DNA of 22,680 nucleotides. Source: Atractiella rhizophila. Its lineage: Eukaryota. A program made the translations under genes and the position numbers. Positions 10,725 to 21,334 of this stretch are shown here, one piece after another (position 1 is the stretch's first letter; every line of letters starts with the position of its first letter). The stretch covers positions 62,001 to 84,680 of the forward strand of contig MU271255.1 in assembly GCA_021432655.1 (NCBI GenBank), written 5' to 3'. The notes below the pieces were generated by a model. It was not told the origin of the DNA. It worked only from the letters and a program-made list of their open reading frames with translations, and did not search any database.

Positions 10725-11776
10725 CGTTAAGTGCAATGCTCATGTCATTCAGCGCTGCAGCTCTTTGTTTCGACCCTATCGCCAGGAACTGAACCAGATG
10801 GTTAGATGACCTGACTAGCAGACGGCTATACCTCATTGTTCCTGCCGCCAACTACGCTGCCTCACAGTTGCAGTTATCGAGCTCGAGCAAGAATGGTAGT
10901 CGCCGATGATATTACCGCGAAGTAGAGGCTGAGTACTTCGAATTAGGGCTAATTGTTGGTGATTCAGTGGTGAGTTCTTTCGATTCAACCTGGACTCTGA
11001 GAGTAGGAAGATATACTTTCAAGTTAAATTGCACTACACACTATTATTTGGCATCTATAACTTCTCCAAGAACCATCTGGTGTCCCGATTGCAGATTACA
11101 ATAAGTCTGTGTAATTTGTCGTTGGAGGTTCTGATTCCATGCTTTAAAGCAACTAAAGCAACTTGAGGCATTGATTCTACAACATTTTATGGTGTAACAT
11201 CAGATTATTTCATACACGGTGCGAGGATATTAAGCAAGTGCAATAGTATACAAGCGCCATGTGGTATTTATTGGCCCATTGTTAACTATTGTCTGCTGGT
11301 TGTCGTGATATAAGACCCGTGCCTGCGGTGTTTTACACACCGAGCGTAAACACACTGAAACCGCTGCAATACTGACAGGAATGCCTACGAGGCTTTTGTG
11401 ACTTCTCTTCATCTGTTACTATCGAAAATGACTTCTACCAATGCGGCCATCGTCAGGAACACCATCAACTCTTCAGCTCAAAACAATATCGCCCATGTCG
11501 TAACAAAACCGACGACCCTTGCTTCATCCTCAACGGATAGCCAAATCGTCCTGTCGCAAGAACATGATGAGCAGGATACAAGCGCTCGCGGCGATGAACG
11601 AGCAATGGGATCTGACAACGAAGAGGAGTCGGCAGCTGAATTTCGGGGCAACATCAGGCAATGGACCGCCTGGTTGCCCCCCACTTCTCCCACTGCAGCC
11701 GAAACTCTCGATTCTCTACCTAGCGAGCTCCTCCGTCTTATTCTCGTCTTTGCTTCCTCCTCAGTGCCTCTTTCGA
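10619..11776 (+). repeat. Tandem duplication B, unit 2
   Basis: Direct repeat of 9462-10614, with four extra A (10615-10618) at the junction. Confidence 0.95.
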
Positions 11777-13227
11777 GCCTTTCCGCTTGGTCGCTCGTCA
11801 ATAGGCGATGGAATGACATCCTCCAAAGTATGATCTTTGCTTCCGTAGAATTGAGGAGCGGTGAAACGGAGAAGTTTTGTCAGTTGATGGACGATAAAGA
11901 GGAAAGGAAGGTTTGGGTCACGAAACTTACGCTCCATATCTTGTCTTCGGAGGAGCTGCACCAAGTAAAGATTCTGCTTGACGGACTCAGCAATCTTCGA
12001 CGCTTGATTTTGGTTATGTGCGAGTGGGACAAATTTCGCCTGCCTCCTCTGAGGCATCTTACTCACCTAGCGCTGATTTGCGTGCCTCCCTCGCTTGATG
12101 ATGATGCGGCGGAACAGTACCACCCACCAAAGCTAAACGATCTTCTTTCCAACTTCGGATCCTATGAATCGTTAACACGCCTTACTCTTCAAGGGATAAG
12201 CAATCCGCTGGGGAGAAATGGACAGGACCGAGAGAATACCTTTGCGATTTTACAATCACTGGATCTTTGTCTATCACTCCCGCTCGCAGAGCACCATTTT
12301 CACGACATCTATACTCAAACTGCGCTGCTCTGTCTTCCTCCTTCCTCTACGTACGGTGGATCGTATTCCTTCTCTCTCTTTTGCGCTATTGGCACGCTTC
12401 GCCACCTCGATGTGGACGAAAATATTTTTGTGGACATTTCCGATTGCAAAACGATGATCTCTGTTATCTCTCCCACCCTGCAAAGTCTCAGACTTTCCCT
12501 AGATCAAACTACAGGGCTTCCTCTAATTCCCGAGCTCAGAAAGTTGAACTCCAGTTATTACCGGCCTTCCCTAAGGAGAACCGCTCGACGAAACCTCCTG
12601 GAGATATTTCCATCCTTGTACGCTTTCAGGAACCTCAAAACTCTCCGTCTACGGGGTTGTGCACTTGAAGGACCATCTGCGAGTGACAGAGCCCCAAATT
12701 TCGCTTTAAGGCACCTTGTCCTCTTAGACTATAACGTTGACAGTATAACTTTCGAACGACTCGTCAAGCCGTCAATAAAATCCCTAGCAGTACTTGGGGT
12801 AGGAAGCTGGAAGCGTTCTTTTGACTCCGAAACGGTCGACATGAGCAAGCTCACTGTGTTGAACTTTATCTTGACAGCAGACAAGTTCCCTCGGGCTCTT
12901 AAAAATTTTGAGAATCTGCAGTATCTCGCTTTCAGGATAGAAGCTCGAAAATCTGAATGGTATCACCGTATTCCCACCCTCCCTTACTGCAGATATATCT
13001 GGATTTGGGGTCGTCCCTGGCAGGATATTAAGGATAACCTCCCCCTAATCAATCCCATCTCCTTGCCTTCTTTACGCGGCATCATCTGCGACTGCCCCTG
13101 GGAAACGGCGATTCTGAAATGGGGAGGAGAGAGAGAGGTTTTGATTGCTGATCAAACATCTGAGACGGCGAAAAACTGGAATCGAGATGTTGGCTATCAT
13201 GAAGCTTTTACGGATGAGGAGGAGTGA
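11428..13227 (+). CDS. Intronless F-box / leucine-rich-repeat (RNI-like) protein, 599 aa
   Basis: First ATG at 11428 (the ORF track starts at an upstream GTG). F-box LDSLPSELLRLILVF...LSAWSLVNRRWNDILQSMIF. Repeated LxxLxL units: LSNLRRLILV, LRHLTHLALI, SLTRLTLQG, TLRHLDVD, TLQSLRLS, NLKTLRLRGC, ALRHLVLLD, NLQYLAFRI. Confidence 0.88.
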   Translation: MTSTNAAIVRNTINSSAQNNIAHVVTKPTTLASSSTDSQIVLSQEHDEQDTSARGDERAMGSDNEEESAAEFRGNIRQWTAWLPPTSPTAAETLDSLPSELLRLILVFASSSVPLSSLSAWSLVNRRWNDILQSMIFASVELRSGETEKFCQLMDDKEERKVWVTKLTLHILSSEELHQVKILLDGLSNLRRLILVMCEWDKFRLPPLRHLTHLALICVPPSLDDDAAEQYHPPKLNDLLSNFGSYESLTRLTLQGISNPLGRNGQDRENTFAILQSLDLCLSLPLAEHHFHDIYTQTALLCLPPSSTYGGSYSFSLFCAIGTLRHLDVDENIFVDISDCKTMISVISPTLQSLRLSLDQTTGLPLIPELRKLNSSYYRPSLRRTARRNLLEIFPSLYAFRNLKTLRLRGCALEGPSASDRAPNFALRHLVLLDYNVDSITFERLVKPSIKSLAVLGVGSWKRSFDSETVDMSKLTVLNFILTADKFPRALKNFENLQYLAFRIEARKSEWYHRIPTLPYCRYIWIWGRPWQDIKDNLPLINPISLPSLRGIICDCPWETAILKWGGEREVLIADQTSETAKNWNRDVGYHEAFTDEEE

Positions 13228-14241
13228 GAAGATGACACTGATGCCTTTACTATTGATCGCTCGATTCAAATTGGATGCCGAAATTGGATGTCGTATACGC
13301 ATACACAGGCATAGCTCATTAGGAGAAATGTCTATACTATCCGATGCTGATGAACTTGAGCTTCCTTAGCTTCCGTGCACATTTAATAATCACACGCTTT
13401 TAGACTTGCGCGAGGTCCTACCACTGACGAATGCGAAACCTATTATCAACTTCAGTTTGTCGAATTGGACACTTTGAATAACATCGTCTAATTCAACCCA
13501 AGAACTCAGCTCTAGACGACTCGAGCAGATATCCCATTGTATTGAGATAAGATCGCAATTGTGGGATCGAAAGAACGCCGCATTCTTTTCTTCGTTTCCG
13601 TGACTGGTTTTACGTTTCTCATTCTAGACGCTGCTGATGCATGATGGGGTGGTTCAAACAGTTCAAGCTCCGTTCGATGCACATCGCCTTGGCTTTGACC
13701 GCGATTTCATTCGAGACAATCACCAATTATAGAACAGAAACGACGACGAAGACGAAATATTTGTTCGAAGTACAACATATCAGAACTGACTAGGACAGGC
13801 TACAAATCAACATACCGTGTTTGGACGACCACACAATAAGTTTGCTGAGCGATCACTGCGTCAGTGATATAGCGAGCGATAATCCCTCTTCATTGCATGA
13901 TGAACCACTCTGACAACGGCCACAGTCTGCAGCAACATATTCGATCTTCTCCTGTCTTTGTTGATTTACACCGGAAAGAACTTGGGGGACCCCATGCCTT
14001 TGGATCTGAAAGTCGCTGAAAGACTGATATTTGTACTGTCTCATGGGATTGTTTGGCAATTTGCGGGTGTAGGACACGTTGGTCGATCCATGTCCTTTCA
14101 GGGAAGCTCGCACGAGAAAGGCATCAGGTAGGTCTAGTTGAAAACATCAGCTTGTCGTCTGAAAATCTCTCCATGGACATGCGGATTGATGGAATGTGAT
14201 GATAATGGCTGAGTTCCACCTTTGTCGCTCTCACCCATGAG

Positions 14242-14592
14242 TTACAGTATCGCCAAAAAAGTCATTTTAACGCGATGTTCCAATTGCCTCGTAGCGATGT
14301 TAGAATACAGGGAGCTTTGCCACGTTGTCCTCATCACGAGAGCCGTCGAGACTAACGGGAGGGATGTTGGGCCGGAAAACGCGTTTAACAGTTTTTTTGA
14401 AGTGAAGCAAGGCAACAACCAGAACCACCACAACAACTTGAACGGTTCCTTCGCGTGCGACACAAAGTCTAGTCCTGGATTCAGAACCGCTTAGATTCTA
14501 AGCTCTAAGCCCAAGCGCTCAAGGCTGACTTATCGGTTCTCAGGTGAGTCCTCGAGCGAGGCAGCTGACGTTATATCCCATCCTTCATTCAT
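14242..14592 (-). pseudogene. Possible decayed F-box gene 5' end (may extend further left)
   Basis: ATG 14592 gives MNEGWDITSAASLEDSPENR*VSLERL (resembles L.DLP.E....ILE.L). Downstream TSLPLVSTALVMRTTWQSSLYSNI resembles the F-box end SL.LVS......Q..LY..I. Confidence 0.3.
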
Positions 14593-14996
14593 GATCAAAA
14601 ACGCGCGCAAAACCAGTCATACTTTCTCATTTCGGCACTGGTAACTTGCCCAAAATCAAGTTGATCTGAGTGCAAGCAGCTGACTCAAATGTTTTCTGCA
14701 CATTACTGAGGAAGAAAGGAGTCATCATGGCATCTCCTTATAATGTAACTGTGCCAGCGCAACATTTCCGCGGATTATTTCACAGTCCCTACATACTATC
14801 ATACCATGGGCGATTGTGTATCATCCAATACCGCCAATTGCCTGACCGCTGACCGACGAATATAGGTTCAGAAGAAAGCAGAATCTCTGTACGCTGTAAC
14901 ATCCGAAACTAGAGATGGCTCAAGCTTTTTCTTCTTGTGTCGATGTGGAGGAGCTGAATCATCCCAAATCCTGCGGCCATTTTCGTCGGGACATCC

Positions 14997-16688
14997 ATGC
15001 CTTCTACTTCGTTGCCTCCTGTGGACAGTGACGTATCTACCAACACCACCATTCATGGTAGCACCATCAACCCGTCCGTTCACCACGATAATGCCCATCT
15101 ATCGCAGGCACTCGATAATCTGGGGATAAGTCATGCTGGCGACGAACTTGAAACAGAGTCAGCAGTTGAACTTCCGAGCCCACGTTGAACCATGGACCGC
15201 CTGGCGGCTCCCACTTCACCCACTGCAGCTGTAACACTTGATGTTCTCCCTACAGAGCTTCAGCGCCTCATTCTCATGTTTGCTTCGTCTTCTACGCCGT
15301 TGTCGACGCTTTCCGCTTGGTCACTTGTCAACAAAAGATGGAACGACGCGCTTCAGAGATTAATCTTTTATCGCGTACCAATGAGAGCAAGCGGGACGCA
15401 GAAGTTTTGTCAGTTGATGGAGGATAAAGAGGAAAGGAAGACTTGGGTCAAGCGACTTGCGCTCCGTATCTCGTCTTTGGAGGGACTGCCGCGAGGACAG
15501 CTCCTGCTTGATGGCCTCAGCAATCTTCGACGCTTGACTTTGCTTTTAGGCGTGTGGGACAACGTCCGCCTGCCTCCTCTGAAACAACTCACTCAACTTG
15601 CCCTAATTTGTGTGCCTCCCTCCCCTCATGGTGGAGGCATGCAGGGGTATCATCCACCGAATCTAAAAGACCTAATTTCCGATTTCGGATCTTACGGATC
15701 GCTGGATCGTCTCATTCGTCAAGGGATAAGCAATCCTCTGCCTAAAACACCAGGGAAAAAAGGAAAAAGGTTAACAAATTAAAAACCCTGGAAACCCGGC
15801 CGCAACCCCCCGGCCCGGGCGGAGTATGTTGATGATGTCTACCCCCAAAATACACTCCTCTGTCTTCCCCCCTCGTCCGTATACGATGGATCAAATCCCT
15901 TCTCCCCTTTGTGCGCTATTGAAACGCTTCGACACCTTAAGGTGGACGAGAACGTTTTTGTGGACATCTCCGATTGTAAAGAGATGCTCTCCCTTGTCTC
16001 TCAAACACTGCGCAGCCTTGAACTCTCGACAGGGAAAATGACTGGGCTTCCTCTGATGCCAGAACTCACGAAATTACGATACAGTTACTGCAGGCGTGGA
16101 TATTATACTCCGCAGAACTTATTGGAAGTGTTTCCCTTTTCACTCCTTTAAGCCCCTCGAAAGTTTGCATCTACGACGTTGTGTTATCGAAGGACCATCT
16201 TCTGCCAATCGAATTCCGGATTTCGCTTTAAGGACTCTCAAGCTTACAGACGAAAATACGGATCCTGGAACTTTCCGCATACTCGTCGAAGCATCGCATA
16301 GAACACTAACGGTACTTGCAGTCGGAACTTGGGAGAGTAGGTTTGATCATGAGACTACTTACATGGACAAGCTTAGAGTGCTTGACTTTATCCTGGAAGA
16401 TGAGCCGTTTCCTCATGGACTTACCAAAGTTTGCTTACATTACCTGGTACCGTCACATTCCGGCTCCGCGTTACTGCAGATATATCTGGATTTATGGTTC
16501 CCCCCGGGAGGACATCGCGGATAGCCTCTCCCGAATTAATCCTGTTGCCCTGCCTTTTTTGCGCGGCATCGTTTGTAGATGCGCTTGCCAAGTGGCTGTT
16601 CTGACTTGGGGAGAAGAGAGAGCCTTTGGTTGCTGATGTGGGGTCTGAGATGGCGGCAATCTGGAAGCGAGAAGTTGAGGGGAGGTAA
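14997..16688 (+). pseudogene. Frameshifted F-box/LRR paralog of 11428-13227
   Basis: Collinear high similarity (LDVLPTELQRLILMFASSSTPLSTLSAWSLVNKRWN; KFCQLMEDKEERK; TLRHLKVDENVFVDISDCK; YCRYIWIYG). Lesions: compensating frameshifts with TGA at 15186, TAA at 15780, frameshift near 16140, deletion plus frameshift near 16430, loss of an AG repeat unit near 16620. Terminal TAA at 16686-16688. Confidence 0.88.
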
Positions 16689-16925
16689 TGCAATCTTTAG
16701 TCCATAATGCGAGAAGAACCTAGTTCCGCGAAACTTGTCAATTGATCAATTAGAGTATTCGTATTCCTAAAGACGCTGCGAGGAAGTTCCCGAATTATTA
16801 TGTGAGTGATGCTGGAGCATTAAACATGGAGGTGAATGCATCGTTCCACAAACGTGTAGAGTCATAAAATACCCGTTCAATCCACAAAGAGCAGTCAAAA
16901 CCAACGCTACGGCTGAAGCCTGAGC

Positions 16926-19334
16926 TTAATACTTGGTATCAGGATCCTCCTTGAGATCCGTCTTCAGGTCCTCCTTCAGGTCCTCCTTCTCATCCGCTCG
17001 TTTCTTCTCATGAATGTGGAATTCTGTTCCACATCAATGTCAGTCCTGTGCTCGGTGCTCGCGTGGAAAAGGACAACGTACGGTCAACTTGGGTCTTGCT
17101 GAACTTCCAGGCTGGCACTTTGTTCTCGAAGAGAATATCGAGCTCAGCGTATGAGCGACCGCGAGTTTCTGGAAGTCGGAAGAAGCACCAGATGATGCAA
17201 AAGATGCAGGATCCCGCCCAGAAGAAACCTAAGTCCAGGTGAGCGAGCCGTCGTCATGGGTAACAACGTTGAAATCGCACCAGCTTTAGGTCCCCAGTTC
17301 CAGTCCGCAGGGCTCAATTGTCTGGGTACAATAATACCACAGATGATGTTCATCAATTGGTAAGCCTGAACAGACCAAGTCAGAATCGGGACAACTAAAG
17401 AACATACTCGACATACGATACGAGCAAGGGCGACAGTCTTCTGTCGCAGGTGGGTCGATCCAACCTCGGCGATGAGCGCGTAACAGACTGCGGCAGCTTT
17501 GTCAGACAAGTCTGGAAAGAACTTGAGATAGTAATTCACTTGGACCAAGAGTTGAGTTGTACGCCAGATTGAGAGCAATAAGGAGAGACCCTGATGCCCA
17601 TCCAGCCGAATCGCTATTGGAGAAACCTAGGCCTCCAATGATAAAGAGCACCTAGCAAGAGGTCTAAGAAAAGTAGAACAATAAAACAATGTACTCACAA
17701 CACACATAGCCACAAGGCCAGCGATGTAAAGCGTTCGTCGGCCCCATCGAGTGATAACTATAATCTCAGTTTGAGGAACATGGTCACACTGAGGCGGAAA
17801 GCATCACGCACGGCCCCAAGAGACAATTGTGCCAATGATGAACATGCTGTTAAGACCAATGTTAAGGTCGAGAGCAGCAATTTCACCCAGACCTGCTCGA
17901 CGGAAGCTAACCAATGGGTTTAGACATCAACAAATGAGTATGCAACAACATACAATTGAACGGCTTGACCAATCAGATTTTCTCCCGAGAGAAGCTGGAT
18001 TGCAAAGACCAACATAGCGATCTCGGTCCTCCTAGCGTCAATACCACGGAAACAGTCGAGATAGGTTGCTCCAGCAGTCTGTTGCTTCTCCAACTCGGTT
18101 GTGTAAACCATCATAGCAACTGAATTCTTCGCGTCCTGCTCCGTGAAGTATTTAGCATTTGATAGTCGCTTGAGACTCTTCTCAGCGTCTTCCAAACGGC
18201 CCTGACGAACGAGCCACCAAGGACTCTCTGGGGCATACTGTGTAAGCGGTTAGCATCGACGCTGACGTTTCGAAATGAACCTGTACATAGCAGATGAACA
18301 TGAGAGGAACTGGCCACACCTGCAGAACAACTCAGTTACTGCGTATCAGTTACGGGAATAGATCTACCCATTGTAGGACAAAAGGAAGGCGCCAACTCCA
18401 GTCAGAGTCAATTGTCGCTGTAGCCCGAACGATTCCAGAGGAGAGGAGAATTCCCACACCCCAGCATAAATTGATGTATGTCGTGAGGTAACCTCGAAGC
18501 TGGATGGGACACACTCTAAACATGACCATAAGCCGACAACATCACGAGACAATGCTCATGACGCACTCGGAAGCATAAGCAGTAGTCAACACCTGAAAGA
18601 TACCCCACGGGATTCCAGAGAAAACCTCAGCGATAACCAGGGTCGTTAGACTTTCCGCAAACACAAAGATGAAGATGAAGCCTATCTCGACTGTTAGTTA
18701 CTCGCCCTACGAACAAATGGAACTTATTAACCAGTGAGGAAGACCAAAGCTGTCAGCATGACTTTACGAGCACCAAATCGTTCCGCAGCCCATCCGTTGA
18801 GAGCAAGACCTAAGATTCCACCCACTGGCGCTCCGTTCGAGAGAGCGGATTGCCACTGCGCTGGAATATACCGCGTTCCATCCGACGCCACCTCCTCCAA
18901 AACGAGCCAGGAACCGGTTTTGGCCATAGAAAGACGCAATCTATGTCTAGATTCAGATGTTGAATTAAGGTGAAAGGAGTCTCTTACGACAACGACGTCA
19001 TAACCCTGGAGAACACTCAGTAAGGCAATCAAGTTACAACATTTCGCTCACCTCCATGATAAGGGCCGCACTCAACGCCTGCGGGCAACTCATGTTACGC
19101 AAGACAACGTAGCGAAGAGCTTCATACCATGCTCCAAAAAATAGCCTTCTTGTGAACTCGGAAACCTTCTCGTAGCGTCATGCGATGCTCAGCAGCATCA
19201 GCTTCAGCCGCGTCATGAACAACATTTTTCGAGTCTGAGATATGGGCCACAACCTCATCAAATTTGCGCGTTGTAATCGCTCCAGGTTGCTCTTCGATAG
19301 TCAATGACGGGGACCTAACAGAATCGGAAGCCAT
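16926..19334 (-). CDS. MFS sugar-porter family alpha-glucoside/maltose:H+ permease-like protein (MAL11/AGT1-like family), 15 coding exons, one apparent frameshift near 18895
   Basis: Spliced motifs: [142 protein letters not shown]. ATG 19334, TAA 16928-16926. Confidence 0.92.
16941..16988 (-). repeat. Coding 12-bp minisatellite, 4 units (KEDL-KEDL-KTDL-KEDP) in the permease C-terminal tail
   Basis: aaggaggacctg / aaggaggacctg / aagacggatctc / aaggaggatcct on the minus strand. Confidence 0.8.
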
Positions 19335-19348
19335 GGTAGTCGACTTTC

Positions 19349-19402
19349 CTGTTTCAAAATTACGTTGGCTAGGTTGTTTACCGAATACCGAGCGAGACTC
19401 AC
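19349..19402 (-). other. Probable 54-nt 5'-UTR intron of the permease
   Basis: Strong donor caag|GTGAGT at 19402 and acceptor aacAG at 19349, 14 nt before the ATG. Length matches the other introns. A CATAAAAG TATA-like element lies near 19454-19461. Confidence 0.6.
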
Positions 19403-21048
19403 CTTGTTGATGGGCGTCGAGAGAGTCGCGCCTGCTGAAGAAGGCAGCAAAGCCTTTTATGGATGACCCCGCGATCTTCTTCTTGCACTCCCCAGGTTTC
19501 TGTCGGTGAAATTGCCAATCTCGGGAGACAGAGAACGGCCAATTTCCGGTAAATTGAATGGACAGCTTCAAAGCAGGTGCATCGTTTGAATATTTGAGAC
19601 CTGGAAGTAACATGAAACGGGCCTGTGAGCGGCCGACACGGACCGTCAACCTGGACCCAGCAATGTGGGAAAGGGTGGATGCAGGAGGAATCCAGGCGCA
19701 ACCTGAGTCTATCACACACACATCCCTAAGGAAGCTCCAGTAAACACGGCGCTCATTTCTATGAGATATCTGGGACCCACCGAACAAGCTTTTGAAAAGA
19801 TGAGCCTCTCCACGTTCCCTAATTCTGTTTTGCTGTTTGTTCCCCAAACGTCGCAGCACCCATCGGTTTCACCTGGAAGAACAGGGAGAATGAAAGGGAG
19901 AAAGGATATTTTCTGCTCAGCCGGAGAGCAAGAAGTGCTCCCAGATATCGATCCTTGAAAGTACTACTTGTGCCTGTCTGCACTCTGAAAGATCTGAACT
20001 TTCGCGATTAAGTGTGAGGATTATTACTGAATGGCAGTGAAATGATATATTGTTGCAGCCCCCACGCTTACCTGAAAGCTGGCAAAATGGGCATGAGTTT
20101 TCTCTAGCAAGTCACGTGTGATGTTAAGCAAAGGTCATTGTAATAGCTCTGGAAGATGTTCTGACAACTCGCATCCATCTAGGTAGTCCTGAAGCAACTT
20201 GCTTGAACCTAGGCATTTCTGAGCACAGACGTATCTGCTGAGATCTGCTCGCGTGGGTCGATTCCACTAAATTAGTCAAATCCCAGTTTCTAGAACAGCA
20301 AGCACTCACGCTTTCGATAATATAGCAGATCTGGGATGCGACAGAAATTAATGAACCACAAGCTCACCATCAAAAATGAAAGTTTGATGCAACAAAATAG
20401 AGGCTGAAATTGCCAGGCCCACACAAAGCTGACTTTGTTCAGTTAAATAAGCGTCACATTGCTGCTTACAACGCAAGCGCAAGCCCTTTGAAGTTGTTTG
20501 GATGCGGACAGCCGCTAAAAGCCTTCCAACCATTGATTGACTCGCTATCAGGCTGGATCGTTATACCGAAAAGACCCTGGAGTACAGAATTTCAGAGCTC
20601 TTTATCTTCACCTTGCAGTGTCATCCCTCACCAAACTTCACTGAAAGTAAAGTGGCGCCTCATAATCCATTATATATATCCTTCAACTGCCATTGATCGC
20701 GTCCTCTAGCGAGAATGATGAAACTCCAATTTATTAAGGAAGACTGGGAGCACGGCTTCGATCGCTTGTTCAACTCGGAACACATTCATAAGTGCACAAC
20801 TAGAGCGAGGAGAAGCAATTTCTGTTTTGACCACCAGTGTGCCAATGCTTGCATTATTCCATAGAAAAAAAGTATAACTGCTGTAACACTTGTTGTCAAA
20901 TACTATAAGAGTTTCCACAATCTACTTGCATCTGAGTTATTTGCGTTGACCCCTGGCAGTTGCGATTTTGTCGCTGGAGTGCTGAAGAGCGGCGGAACAA
21001 AAACGAAGAAACGGAACTGCAGTTTGAACCGACCCACCAAATTATCAT

Positions 21049-21187
21049 TCACTTGTCCCCTCTGCCAACTAAAATCTCTGGTAACTTCCTCATCGTAAGG
21101 CTCTGNNNNNNNNNNNNNNNNNNNNNNNNNTCACTTGTCCCCTCTGCCAACTAAAATCTCTGGTAACTTCCTCATCGTAAGGCTCTG
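21049..21187. other. Scaffold gap (25 N, 21106-21130) flanked by an identical 57-bp direct repeat, probably unmerged overlapping contig ends
   Basis: 21049-21105 is identical to 21131-21187, and both abut the Ns exactly. Confidence 0.9.
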
Positions 21188-21334
21188 AAATTCCATACCG
21201 CCTGGGGAGGGTGCGTCCAAAAGAAAGGAAAAGGGTGCTTATATACACAGACCTCGCTCTTAGCTCCGCCTCCGCTAGCTCAAAAAGCCGGCTGAATGCA
21301 AGAGGTTCGCTTCGCGGGATGTCCTTCGTTCTCT

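Noticed and set aside
851..11776. Duplications A and B as transposons or LTR pairs, or their shared polarity as a special mechanism
   Set aside because: No terminal inverted repeats, TG...CA ends, target-site duplications or transposase/RT coding were seen, and the units are directly adjacent. A truncated copy followed by a full copy results automatically from any tandem duplication ending inside a plus-strand gene.
19900..21040. Short ORFs between the permease promoter and CDC7 as another gene relic
   Set aside because: No motif or consistent exon chain was recognisable, so it is left unannotated.
21049..21187. 57-bp perfect direct repeat as a biological repeat, LTR or target-site duplication
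   Set aside because: Both copies abut a 25-N gap exactly, the usual sign of unmerged overlapping contig ends.
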